Positions 29,238 to 39,386 are shown, numbered from the stretch's first letter. The stretch: DNA of 64,000 bases from an uncultured Gammaproteobacteria bacterium (GCA_964599455.1 CAZREA010000001.1:269183-333182), one strand, 5' to 3'. Translations and numbers: made by a program. Notes: generated by a model from the sequence alone, not told the origin.

Positions 29238-30827
29238 CTAAAAAGGGAGATTCTCGGGAGGTTCAGCGGGATCGGTAGATGGATGCGTAGGAGTCGGGGT
29301 CGTCGGCGAGACCGCTGCATGCTCGACTGCCGCAGATCGCGGCCAAAGACCATCCGCAGTCGGCTGTTGCACCATCGATCCTGCGTGATGACCTCCCATG
29401 GCCGGATTTTCATAGGTATTGACGGCGGTACCACGACGATCTAAATACACTCGCTTCCAATCATCAGTCGATGGTTCGCGACTTTCTTCGCCCATAGGAG
29501 CCAAAGGTGCCGAAGGTAATTGAAAAGGCGCTTCAGCACGTCGTGCGCCCATAGCCGTGAGCACCGGCGTTCGCGCGTCAGCCGAGGGGAAGTGAAAAAT
29601 CGTTGCCAATTCTTCTGCATTCAAAATACAGGGATTCGCACCCGCGCCAAACGAACGCGATGCATAGCGCTGTGCAAGAATCGATTGTTTTTTAGCGTAT
29701 GTCCATTCCTGATAAAAATAATCATTCTTTGGCACCGATGGACCATGCGTGGAAAGTTGGTTTAGTAGCGGATTAGTAAAAGGCTGGAATGCACCCTTCA
29801 TGCCAGCAGCAAAAATACCCTTGCGGAACTTTCCTTTTGGCCCAACCCCAATCCAACGAATCTTCGCTTTCCATCCCACTTTTGAAACCTTTTCAGCAAC
29901 GGCATCAATCTGTTTTTTATCAGCTGGTGTGAGCTTGAACATGCGAAAATCATCGCTCTTTTTGGTATCGGCTTTTTCGGCCCCACCACCACTACCCATC
30001 AACTGCTGCGCGACACCTACCGGAAACCACATAATGCCCTCCATCATGGCATCAAGGCCGCTTTTTTTAGGAGCTTTGGTTTCCTTGCCCATAATGGCCG
30101 CCAAAAAGGCGAGTCCATCTTTAATCCAGCCATCATCAGAAGGTGGTTTGATGATCAGCTGTATCCACAAATGCTCGCCCGGTTGCATTTTACCCATCAG
30201 CTCTAAAATCGGCAGGAGCGGGTCTTTGAACCGATTTTCTTTTTCGCCCATGTGTTCAAAATCTTCGAATGTGCGAATAGGCAAATAATCAGGTTTGCCA
30301 AGCACAATCTCGCCACCAAATAATTCCTGATCGTCATTCGGATATCGCTTGGCTACCAAGCCTGTATAATCAGGGACTTCGGTAATTTGCGCTTCCGGAT
30401 ACTGTGCGTACAAATCAGCCTCGATCAAATCACGATATTTATCCTGCGTACGAATAACAAAAGAAATATCCCCACCATTACTGATAATTTCAAACGAAAA
30501 ACGTGCCTGATCTTTCCCCAACAACCAAATTTCTTTCCAGGTTAAACCACTTTTAGCGCCAGCCATGTTGGAAAAAAAGTTTTCCATACCTTTTGGCGTT
30601 TGAATGCTTGTTTGCGGCACGCGGACTTCGAGATTAATCCAATGCAAATGATGCTCGTATTGCTCCATTTTGTAGTCGAGCCACAAGTGGGAGAATCCCC
30701 AAACGATAATAGCCAAAATAGGCAGCGGTCCAATAATCAGGAGCACATAGGCCAGCAATGTATCGGGAGGAATGGTATCTAAAAACCGTGTTACTTCCGG
30801 AGGAATGTTGAGCACGATGGCAAGCAT
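29238..30827 (-). CDS. Membrane-anchored partner of the VirD4-like ATPase
   Basis: N-terminal TM, FSFEI, LYAQYPEAQITEV, LNAEELATIFHFP. Confidence 0.75.
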   Translation of the reverse strand: MLAIVLNIPPEVTRFLDTIPPDTLLAYVLLIIGPLPILAIIVWGFSHLWLDYKMEQYEHHLHWINLEVRVPQTSIQTPKGMENFFSNMAGAKSGLTWKEIWLLGKDQARFSFEIISNGGDISFVIRTQDKYRDLIEADLYAQYPEAQITEVPDYTGLVAKRYPNDDQELFGGEIVLGKPDYLPIRTFEDFEHMGEKENRFKDPLLPILELMGKMQPGEHLWIQLIIKPPSDDGWIKDGLAFLAAIMGKETKAPKKSGLDAMMEGIMWFPVGVAQQLMGSGGGAEKADTKKSDDFRMFKLTPADKKQIDAVAEKVSKVGWKAKIRWIGVGPKGKFRKGIFAAGMKGAFQPFTNPLLNQLSTHGPSVPKNDYFYQEWTYAKKQSILAQRYASRSFGAGANPCILNAEELATIFHFPSADARTPVLTAMGARRAEAPFQLPSAPLAPMGEESREPSTDDWKRVYLDRRGTAVNTYENPAMGGHHAGSMVQQPTADGLWPRSAAVEHAAVSPTTPTPTHPSTDPAEPPENLPF

Positions 30828-30908
30828 ATCGCTTCATAGCATAGCATAAAACAGAAAAATCGATCCGAGGTTATTAAGGATCGATTTTCATGCTTCGGAT
30901 TTTGCATT

Positions 30909-31808
30909 TTACTTCTTTTTCGCACTCCACTCATGCCACAACACCAACAATGGACTTGCCAAGAAAATGGAAGAAAAAGCTCCGGCTAAAATACCAATGA
31001 TAAGCGCCAACACAAACGGTCGTGTCGTCTCACCACCCACGATAAAGATCGCCAACAACGGAAGCAGTGTCGCGATCGTGGTATTAAATGAACGATTTAA
31101 CGTTTCATTTACACTTGCATTGACGATGGCACGAAAATCTTGAGAGTCCCGATGACGCAAGAGGTTTTCACGCGTACGATCAAAAACGACGATCGTATCG
31201 TTAATGGAGTACCCGAGAATGGTCAGAATTGCAGCCACAAATGACGTATCAACTTGATAACCCCACACATGTCCCAGAATGGCAAAAATGCCAAGCGGAA
31301 TAATAACGTCATGAAATGAAGCAATAAGAGTCGCGATACCGTACTTCCAAGAAGGCACGGGTTCGGAAACCTTGCGGAAAGCCCAGGCAACGTACAAACC
31401 GATCAAGGCCAATAAGATGATGATAGCAAAGACAGTTGCGCGCTTGAGTTCAGCACCCACGGTTGGTCCAACCGCCGTAAATTGCGTCTCAGTTACATCA
31501 GGATACGCCGTCTGCAAAGTGCCAATGATCCGCTGATGCTCTTCTTCAGAAACAACTGGCAAACGAATAAGATAGGCGTCGCCTTCACCTTTTTGCACAG
31601 TCGCTTCGAATCCGCTTTCGGCAACATGCGCACGCAACTCTTCGGTACTCTGTGCGGAACTCGTACGTACTTCAACCAAACTTCCACCACTAAAATCAAT
31701 ACTCCACTGCAATCCAAGGGTCCCGAGCGCAATCAACGATGCGGCAATCAACGTGAGAGAAAGTCCCAGCCACCAACCACTATAACGAAGGATAGGTAAA
31801 GTTTTCAT
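30909..31808 (-). CDS. secF: Protein translocase subunit SecF
   Basis: IDFSGG, VGPTVG, HDVII, GYSINDTIVVFDR. Confidence 0.96.
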   Translation of the reverse strand: MKTLPILRYSGWWLGLSLTLIAASLIALGTLGLQWSIDFSGGSLVEVRTSSAQSTEELRAHVAESGFEATVQKGEGDAYLIRLPVVSEEEHQRIIGTLQTAYPDVTETQFTAVGPTVGAELKRATVFAIIILLALIGLYVAWAFRKVSEPVPSWKYGIATLIASFHDVIIPLGIFAILGHVWGYQVDTSFVAAILTILGYSINDTIVVFDRTRENLLRHRDSQDFRAIVNASVNETLNRSFNTTIATLLPLLAIFIVGGETTRPFVLALIIGILAGAFSSIFLASPLLVLWHEWSAKKK

Positions 31809-31813
31809 AGAGA

Positions 31814-33847
31814 TTAGAGGCCAAGAAAGAAGAGGCGTGAACGAATGCGTTTCACCGGCGCGAGTAAGAACAAAATGCTGCGGGTGATTTTAAAGGTGGT
31901 GAAGATAGAAAGCAGCACACCAATACTGAGTGTTAACGCAAAGCCACGAATAAAGCCCGTGCTCATGCTATACAACACCGCCGTCGCAATCAGCGTGGTG
32001 AAATTTCCATCACGAATAGACGGCCAGGCACGACGGAAGGCTTCATCGAGTGCCGTGGGCAAATCTCGTCCAGCACGAAGCTCTTCTTTCAACCGCTCAA
32101 ACACCAACACATTTGCATCAACGGCAATGCCAAGCGACAAGATAAAGCCCGCAATACCCGACAAGGTCATGGTGACACCAAAAATCTTATAGAGCACAAT
32201 GTTGAGTCCTGCATACATCGCCAACGCAATCACCGCTACCAAACCGGCCAGGCGATAATAGGCGATCATGAAAACGGCAATCAGCGCAAAACCTACAAGT
32301 CCAGCCATCACACTTTGATCAAGTGATTCCTGACCGAGTGTTGGTCCAATCGTTTGCTGAGAAAGCAGATTGATAGGAACTGGCAATGCACCGGCATTCA
32401 AACGCTGCGCCAAAAGCTTTGCATCTTGTGGAGTAAAATCACCGGTAATACTTGCCTGACCACCATAAATTGCCTGCTGTACCACAGGAGTAGTGATCGG
32501 CTCACTGTCTAGGAAGATTCCAATCACATTGCCCACATTTGCCGCAGTGAGGTCGGCAAAAAGCTGGGCACCTTCATCGTTAAACGTTAGAGCAACATAC
32601 GGCTGGCCAGTGGTCGGATCAAATGCAACTGCTGCGGTCTTAATATGTTTTCCGGAAAGCTCCGTATTTTCCCACGGGTCGATCGATACGACATCAGATA
32701 CCGTTGTCCAGGGCATTTCGATGTGGGAAATTTCGTAGGCCTTGATCGTTTTACTATCTTGGCGATAGATGAGGTGATAACCAAAATCCGTTTCAACGAC
32801 TTCAGAAATACGACCGTCACGTAGTGCAAAAAGCGCATCATTGAATGACTGCACCATATCGCCTTCATTTACCCATCCCAAATCCCCACCCACATCTTTA
32901 CTGCCCGGATCATCAGAATGCTCTTTGGCAAGATCAACAAAATTTGCTGTTGTGGCTTCGATCTTTAATGAGTCAATGAGCGCACGCGCCTCATCACGAC
33001 TACGGTCTTGCGTACAGCCCTTGGCTCCCATGTAACAAATAAGAATATGAGAAGACTGCACCTGTGTACGATTTTCTGAGCTCACATAATTCACAATGTG
33101 CATGCGTGAGGTACCTTCGTACAATCCATCAATCACGCCGGTACGCAAACGATCTGCAGCAATACGATCTGCTAAACCTCCATACTCTTCATCTTCCGAG
33201 GTCACGAAACCGACGTAGCCATTGGCGTCTTTGGTCAGTGTATCAATGGAATACTGTTTGGCGAGAGCACTAAAATCGGCATTCTTTTGCAAGGCCTCGT
33301 CAAGAACTTTCAAAGCAGCTTCGCGTTCATTCTTTTGCGCTTCGTCAACTTTTGCTTGATCATCAATAGTTGGCTCAGCCGTAACATTCTCTTTGGGAAT
33401 TTTGAATTCAAGAACAGGAGTTTCACCAATTTGCGCCACCGCATCGGTTACATTGGTCAGTCCAGGAAGATCGACGATCACGCGATATCCGTTCGTCGAA
33501 TTCGTTGCTTGCACGTATGCCTCAGAAACACCAAAAGCATTCACACGGCGCTCAATGACGTCGCGTACGCCTTCGAGTGCCTGCGATCGATCAGTTTCGG
33601 TAATATTGCCCATGTCGGCCTCATACACCAAATGGGCTCCGCCTTGCAGATCAAGACCGAGTCGCAGACCTTCATCAGGAATATACGGGAAATGAAAACC
33701 AACACGCTCATCAAGCCATTGCATGGCTGCATTATATGGCCCAGGAACACTTCCTACGCCCGCAAAAAGAAAGATGACAAGTAACCCCACCGCTGTCCAC
33801 TTGGCCCGGCGGCGACCAGCCGCAGCCTGCTGCACATACTTATTCAT
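31814..33847 (-). CDS. secD: Protein translocase subunit SecD with inserted parvulin domains
   Basis: LGLDLQGG, RVNAFGVSE, GALP, IGPTLG, AVDANV; internal SHILI...GGDLGW...FGYHLI. Confidence 0.95.
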   Translation of the reverse strand: MNKYVQQAAAGRRRAKWTAVGLLVIFLFAGVGSVPGPYNAAMQWLDERVGFHFPYIPDEGLRLGLDLQGGAHLVYEADMGNITETDRSQALEGVRDVIERRVNAFGVSEAYVQATNSTNGYRVIVDLPGLTNVTDAVAQIGETPVLEFKIPKENVTAEPTIDDQAKVDEAQKNEREAALKVLDEALQKNADFSALAKQYSIDTLTKDANGYVGFVTSEDEEYGGLADRIAADRLRTGVIDGLYEGTSRMHIVNYVSSENRTQVQSSHILICYMGAKGCTQDRSRDEARALIDSLKIEATTANFVDLAKEHSDDPGSKDVGGDLGWVNEGDMVQSFNDALFALRDGRISEVVETDFGYHLIYRQDSKTIKAYEISHIEMPWTTVSDVVSIDPWENTELSGKHIKTAAVAFDPTTGQPYVALTFNDEGAQLFADLTAANVGNVIGIFLDSEPITTPVVQQAIYGGQASITGDFTPQDAKLLAQRLNAGALPVPINLLSQQTIGPTLGQESLDQSVMAGLVGFALIAVFMIAYYRLAGLVAVIALAMYAGLNIVLYKIFGVTMTLSGIAGFILSLGIAVDANVLVFERLKEELRAGRDLPTALDEAFRRAWPSIRDGNFTTLIATAVLYSMSTGFIRGFALTLSIGVLLSIFTTFKITRSILFLLAPVKRIRSRLFFLGL

Positions 33848-33920
33848 AGTTGGAGGGATAGTAGCAGAGGAAAGAAAGACGGGTAAAGAGGAATCAGGGG
33901 ATGAAGAGAGAAAATTTGTT

Positions 33921-34349
33921 TTATGTTGGCGAGATATGCGCATCAATCGTCACATTTACCAAAGCATCTGCTTCTTTATTTGCCTCGCGACGAACATGGG
34001 TGAATGTTACTTGGCGAAAGTGTTGCCGCAGATCGTGTACCTCAATAAATCTCTTGGCGATTTCTGGATTCTTCACCTTATACTGTCCATTCAATTGACG
34101 CACGGCGAGTTCCGAATCCATGCGCATGTCAACGACGTCGTATCCGAGTTCATGTGCTTTTTTTAAGCCCTCGATAATACCGGTGTATTCCGCTTGATTA
34201 TTGGTGGTTGCACCAAGATAACGTGCAGCTTCGGCAATTTGCTCGCCGCGCGATCCGTCTTTGCGTTTCTCGAATAATACCGCCGCGCCAGCTGCAGGTC
34301 CGGGATTACCCCGCGATCCACCGTCTGTATAGATGATGCAAGTTTTCAT
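33921..34349 (-). CDS. rnhA: Ribonuclease HI
   Basis: TDGGSRGNPG, TNNQAEY, DSEL, HVRREANKEAD. Confidence 0.93.
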   Translation of the reverse strand: MKTCIIYTDGGSRGNPGPAAGAAVLFEKRKDGSRGEQIAEAARYLGATTNNQAEYTGIIEGLKKAHELGYDVVDMRMDSELAVRQLNGQYKVKNPEIAKRFIEVHDLRQHFRQVTFTHVRREANKEADALVNVTIDAHISPT

Positions 34350-36070
34350 ATATGTGCAGATCGTATATCAACAATACGACATTGTACCTCTCTTTTACCA
34401 TTCCATTCATTAAGAGAAATTTCATAGGCAATGTCCAGTTTTTCCCCTATGCGCAGTACGCCAAGTTTATTCCCAAAACCAAAACCGACAAAACGATAAC
34501 TCTTTCCCTCGCCATCCTCAACACGCAAACGCAAGTGAGAACCTGTTGATCCCATAGCTGAGGTTTCAACAACGGTCATCTGTGTGGCCGCAAAAATAGG
34601 CGGTCGGTTCCCTTCGCCAAATGGTGCGCATCGTTGAATTTCCGCGCACAATGCAAATGATGCTTCGGCAGGATGCAGCTCGGTATCAATGTGTAAAAGA
34701 TCGCGAACGCCTTCGTCGCCATAAAACTTTTCTGCAAATATATTCGCGCGTTCGCGAAAATGCGATACTTCAGCTTCTGTGTGCAAAGTTAATCCACATG
34801 CCTGCGGATGTCCGCCACGCTTTACATACAATTCATCACCACATGCATTCATCAGTTCAACTAAATGGAGTCCGCCCAGACTTCGCCCCGAACCAACCAC
34901 ATGCTCGCCAACTTTCGTAAACGCAAATGCTGGACGGCCAAAATCGCTCACCAATCTACCCGCAATTAATCCCACAATACCCGGCAACCAATGCGATGCA
35001 TATACCGAAAGCACGGGTCCAAGTGCAAGCATTTCTTTCACTTGTACGACCGCTTCTTCATACGCAGCCGTAAACACCGATTGCCGCTGACGATTCAATT
35101 GTTCGAGCGTTAATGCTGCTTCTTGTGCTTCGATAACGGTTGTCGCCGACAACGCACGAAATGCCGCTTGCGCAGAAGTCATGCGCCCAGCCGCATTCAA
35201 ACGCGGACCAATACGAAAACCAATAGTTTGGGTATCGATATCGGCAAAATTTGTTCCAGTCGCTTCAATGATTGCTCGCAATCCCGGTCGGCGGGTTTTT
35301 TGCAGCACACGCAAACCGTAATACTCCAGCACCCGATTCTCCCCGATCAATGGCATGACATCAGTAACGGTTGCAATGGCAACCAGATCAAGAAACCATT
35401 TTTCGTAGCCTTCAGGAAAATGTGCACCACGCTTTTGTGCTTCGTGAATAAGTGCTGACGCAAACTTAAAAGAGACTCCGGTTCCGCATAACGTTTTGTT
35501 AGGATACGTTTCACCAGGAGCCAGGGGATGCAGAATAATTGCCTGTTCGGGAAAATGTTGGCCAAGTTGATGATGATCGCACACAATCACGTCCATACCC
35601 AACTCGTGCGCGCGACCAAGTTCAAGACCATTGGCAATACCGCAATCAATGGTTACCAGGAGCTTTATCCCTTCTTGGCCAAAGCGTTCGATAGTGTGCA
35701 TCGATACACCGTACCCATCATGCTCGCGATCGGGCAAAAAAACCTCAAGCTGTATGGGAAAGGACAATGCTTTGGCGATATCGTGAAGCGCTCCATGCAA
35801 AAGTGTCGAGCCACTCACGCCATCAGCATCGTAATCACCATGAATGACAATGTGCTCTCCCTGTTCGAGGGCTTGGAACATACGGTTCACTGCCTGTTCC
35901 ATTTTTGTGAATAGATAAGGGCTATGCATGCCCTCTTGCCAATTGGGAAAAAGAAAATCTTGTTGTTTATCAATCGACAATCCTCGATTATGCAAAAGCT
36001 GTGCCACGAGATCATCGTGCACACGCGGCGCAATATGCCAAATTTTATTTGTTAATTCCTCCGTCTTCAC
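34346..36070 (-). CDS. recJ: ssDNA exonuclease RecJ
   Basis: GDYDADG, DCG, DHH, PRLNAAGR, GSGRS, GGH, PFGEGN. Confidence 0.96.
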   Translation of the reverse strand: MKTEELTNKIWHIAPRVHDDLVAQLLHNRGLSIDKQQDFLFPNWQEGMHSPYLFTKMEQAVNRMFQALEQGEHIVIHGDYDADGVSGSTLLHGALHDIAKALSFPIQLEVFLPDREHDGYGVSMHTIERFGQEGIKLLVTIDCGIANGLELGRAHELGMDVIVCDHHQLGQHFPEQAIILHPLAPGETYPNKTLCGTGVSFKFASALIHEAQKRGAHFPEGYEKWFLDLVAIATVTDVMPLIGENRVLEYYGLRVLQKTRRPGLRAIIEATGTNFADIDTQTIGFRIGPRLNAAGRMTSAQAAFRALSATTVIEAQEAALTLEQLNRQRQSVFTAAYEEAVVQVKEMLALGPVLSVYASHWLPGIVGLIAGRLVSDFGRPAFAFTKVGEHVVGSGRSLGGLHLVELMNACGDELYVKRGGHPQACGLTLHTEAEVSHFRERANIFAEKFYGDEGVRDLLHIDTELHPAEASFALCAEIQRCAPFGEGNRPPIFAATQMTVVETSAMGSTGSHLRLRVEDGEGKSYRFVGFGFGNKLGVLRIGEKLDIAYEISLNEWNGKREVQCRIVDIRSAHI

Positions 36071-36265
36071 AGTGCGTGTACCTTACTGGGGAAAGAGGAA
36101 AAGTTGAAGCAAGATATCCAGAAGATCGGAATTCTCCTAGCGGGACGTAGTGGAACGGGTGAGGATATATTCGATGTGCGTTTCTCATGCCCACTGTGCG
36201 AAATGATGTATTTTTGGAGGCTATTAAGATAGAATGGGAAAGATTATTCGATATGGTAGGCAATT

Positions 36266-37069
36266 ATGGGTATTAATTCCACCTCAAGTATTGAAAAAGA
36301 ATTAAAAAATTCTCGGGAGCGTATTTTTTGTGAAAGAAAAGATGTTGCCAGAGAGGCCGAGAATCGCTTAAGGATAGCCTTCGAACGATTGAACATTTCT
36401 TATCCGGACCTTCCTGAAATTGAGGTGAAGTTTGTTGATTCCCCAGATCAACCTGAGCTCGGAAGGACATATGTTGATATGCGCTCCGCTCAGGTGCTCT
36501 TTGATTCACGATTCGCTGCTCAAGCTCAGGAGGATGTGCTCGTGAATAAACTGAGAGAAGGTGGTTTGGAGTATCCCGGAATGATACAGGTACTTACGCA
36601 CGAAGCTGGCCATATTGCATTATGGTCTGTACTCGGAAACGGAAAACGTCCAGCGACACGGCTATTAGATGAAGGTTGGGCGACATTACTTGAAGAGGCC
36701 GGATCGCAAGAGGATTTTGAAGCAACCCTAAAGCAACGAGCTAGAGAAGGATTTTCTTCCGAACCCGAAATTTTTGAACGATGCCTTGATTTCCGAAAAG
36801 TTATTCTTCCAGAAGAAAATCTCAACGGCGTAGAATATATTGTTGGAGCAACTATTTTATTATGGATTCGAGAAACATTTAATAACGAGATCATGCTCAA
36901 TGCACTACGAGCTACGCTAGCTCTTGCAGAGAGAGATGATTCGGTGAAACAAAATAATTCTGACACACAAGATGGGGACGAACGGCTTGAAAATGTTCTT
37001 CGGCAGATCTTCGCCCCCAGGGAAATAGCTGACGTAAAGCGTAGCTATCTTGAATGGTTAAAAAAGTAG
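36266..37069 (+). CDS. Putative zinc metallopeptidase (gluzincin-like)
   Basis: THEAGH (HExxH) followed by LLDEGWA. Confidence 0.65.
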   Translation: MGINSTSSIEKELKNSRERIFCERKDVAREAENRLRIAFERLNISYPDLPEIEVKFVDSPDQPELGRTYVDMRSAQVLFDSRFAAQAQEDVLVNKLREGGLEYPGMIQVLTHEAGHIALWSVLGNGKRPATRLLDEGWATLLEEAGSQEDFEATLKQRAREGFSSEPEIFERCLDFRKVILPEENLNGVEYIVGATILLWIRETFNNEIMLNALRATLALAERDDSVKQNNSDTQDGDERLENVLRQIFAPREIADVKRSYLEWLKK

Positions 37070-37084
37070 TACGCCGTACTAAAT

Positions 37085-37115
37085 AAAAAATCTCAGCGCG
37101 AGCTGAGATTTTTTT
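37085..37115. terminator. Bidirectional terminator between convergent genes
   Basis: AAAAAATCTCAGC-gcga-GCTGAGATTTTTT. Confidence 0.85.
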
Positions 37116-37148
37116 CATGACAGAATGTCGGGTACGAAGTTGGAATCT

Positions 37149-37697
37149 TTATGATACGTTCGGAAAACGCTCAATGCCCTGAGCATACGCTTGGGCAAAA
37201 AGATCATCAAGGAGCGCACTCACTCCTCTACATTCATCGGCCAACAATTTTGCACCTCGTATGTAGTAGTAACATTCTTCCGAGGTCATGCTATCAATCG
37301 GATCAATAGCAAGCCCGCGCACATTCGAAACCTGATCAGCGATTTTTATTCTTCGCACACTTGAACTTTCTTTTCGAAGTCTTTGAGCTTGAAGGAGTTT
37401 TCGCTCTTGGACCGGCAAATCTTTAAAAAAATCATAATCGGTCAAACCTTCCACAATATCCCGCACTTCTTTGCCAAACTCCTTTTCTATATCATCTAAA
37501 CTCACTTCGGTATCTTCCACACTATCGTGAAGCCATGCCGCGATGATTTCATCGTCAGTCCCGCCAGAGATCCACACTAAATCTGCAACTTCTTGTATGT
37601 GATGCATCTGTGGTTTTTTAATCCCGGAAACACAAGCTCCAATGATGTGCGAATGGGCATTGCGAGCAAATTCTTGAGCGCGATTTAATCTAGCCAT
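37149..37697 (-). CDS. HD-domain hydrolase (Mesh1/SpoT-like small alarmone hydrolase)
   Basis: AAWLHDSVEDT, FGKEVRDIVEGLTD, IKIADQVSN. Confidence 0.85.
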   Translation of the reverse strand: MARLNRAQEFARNAHSHIIGACVSGIKKPQMHHIQEVADLVWISGGTDDEIIAAWLHDSVEDTEVSLDDIEKEFGKEVRDIVEGLTDYDFFKDLPVQERKLLQAQRLRKESSSVRRIKIADQVSNVRGLAIDPIDSMTSEECYYYIRGAKLLADECRGVSALLDDLFAQAYAQGIERFPNVS

Positions 37698-37808
37698 ACA
37701 GTTGATGAAGGTACAAACTCTATACTAAACGTTTTCACTTTACCAGGTAGCCCCCTAGATCTCCGAGAGCTTCCTTGTGCCGCTGAGAGCAGAGCGGAAT
37801 ATCTTTTT

Positions 37809-38888
37809 TCATTCTTTCAAAATCCCCATCGCGCCCTCAACAATGCGCTCTTCGGCATTCAAGGGGAAAATAGCACAAATATTTCGCGCCAATGCTTGTC
37901 GATCCTCCGGATGATGAAGTAATTTTTGTATTTCTTGCAGCAGAATTTGTGGGGTGATCTCACGAATAACATTGGCGGCACCAAGATTTTGCAACGCGGT
38001 TGCGTTCGCTTCTTGATCAGTGGCGACTCGAGGAACAAGAATGGCAGGTTTACCCAGCAGAGCAAGTTCGGCGATTGTACCCATACCGGCGCGGCAAACG
38101 ACAATGTCGGCAGCGGCAAAAGCATCAGCCATACCTTCTTGCAAAAATTCAAGCGCTACATACCCTCGCTCAGCCTCATGTAATTTTTGCAAATCCGGAA
38201 GCATTTTTCCTTGACCGGTTAAGTGGATAACATTCACCTTTTGTAATAACTCTTCGGCGATTATCGTCATGGCATGATTAATCGAAGTCGCACCCGTGCC
38301 GCCACCAATAACAAGCACCGTTGGCAAATGCGATCGCAAGCTGTAGCGCTGATACGCAGTTGAACGATTACCAAATGTTAACGCCAATCGCGCCATACCA
38401 CCAACAACCGTCGTTTTCTTTTTAGGAAATGCGTCTGCGCTCTGGCTCCACGCTACGCTAATATGCGTCGCAAACGGCGCCATGAGTTTATTTGCAAGAC
38501 CAGGCGCAACATCAAGTTGATGAATCCACACCGGAATACGTCGCATCCAGGCAGCGATCACAATCGGCAAAGATACATAAGCACCGGCAGACATTACCAA
38601 ACTTGGCTGTAATTCTTTAAGACGATTCCATGATTTAATAAAACTGATTAAAAAGAAAAACGGTACAAACGGCAATGTCCATTTTCTGCTGCGATCAAAT
38701 TTGGGAGCTGACAAAGAAAAAAAGGGGATTTTCGCGCCCTCGATCAGAGAGCGTTCAGGTCCATGCGGCGTACCTATCCATGAGAATCGAACATCTCCTT
38801 CATGCTTACGCCACTCGGCTGCGACCGCCAAAAGCGGCGTCACGGGGCCAAGCGTTCCTCCTCCGGTAAATAAAATATGATGCGCCAT
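37809..38888 (-). CDS. murG: MurG glycosyltransferase
   Basis: GGGTLGPV, PGLANK, GGGTGA, CRAGMGT, QEANA. Confidence 0.93.
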   Translation of the reverse strand: MAHHILFTGGGTLGPVTPLLAVAAEWRKHEGDVRFSWIGTPHGPERSLIEGAKIPFFSLSAPKFDRSRKWTLPFVPFFFLISFIKSWNRLKELQPSLVMSAGAYVSLPIVIAAWMRRIPVWIHQLDVAPGLANKLMAPFATHISVAWSQSADAFPKKKTTVVGGMARLALTFGNRSTAYQRYSLRSHLPTVLVIGGGTGATSINHAMTIIAEELLQKVNVIHLTGQGKMLPDLQKLHEAERGYVALEFLQEGMADAFAAADIVVCRAGMGTIAELALLGKPAILVPRVATDQEANATALQNLGAANVIREITPQILLQEIQKLLHHPEDRQALARNICAIFPLNAEERIVEGAMGILKE

Positions 38889-38961
38889 AGATACGCATCA
38901 TATTTTAACACTCTTTTCTTCCACAATCTTTCTTCCGATATACATCAGAAAAACGATGATG

Positions 38962-39351
38962 GAGGGAAGGCGGTATGACACACGCCTTCCCTCACGTTGA
39001 GTGTCTCTTGCATCTTGCGCATAACTGGTTCATCCCCACAACCCTTCGTGAGGCAGTTTTCGCAAGATCAAGATTACTCTCCCGTTATCCCCAGGGATGG
39101 GATGCGGTATTGCAACAAGTGGCGTTGTTGCCGCTCTCGTCCGCATAAAGCGCCACACACGGAGCCACGTCATGTTTCAATGGGCTTTGAAACATCCAGG
39201 AGAACTCCGTGTTCCAAGGTCTCCCCTGTTTTCCCGCCTGCACCACCAGGCAGGTGAAGAGGCATATGCCCATCGGCACGCGTGGCGCCTTACAGCACCA
39301 CCCACAGGCGCCGGTCTCTTCGGAAAACTATTTACATTCCTCTGCGAGACC
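38962..39351 (-). ncRNA. Candidate large structured non-coding RNA (unassigned)
   Basis: TGTACA-N17-TAGGCT promoter (39384-39356), consecutive stems, terminal 11-bp hairpin, no credible ORF. Confidence 0.6.
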
Positions 39352-39386
39352 AAGAAGCCTATCATCTTCTTTAACTATTGTACAGC

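Noticed and set aside
33848-33920. secD N-terminal extension / purine-rich periodic tract
   Set aside because: Low-complexity intergenic sequence; a -10-like box directly precedes ATG 33847
37740-37805. SRP RNA (AAGGAAGC on the minus strand)
   Set aside because: The surrounding helix-8 sequence and long stem are missing
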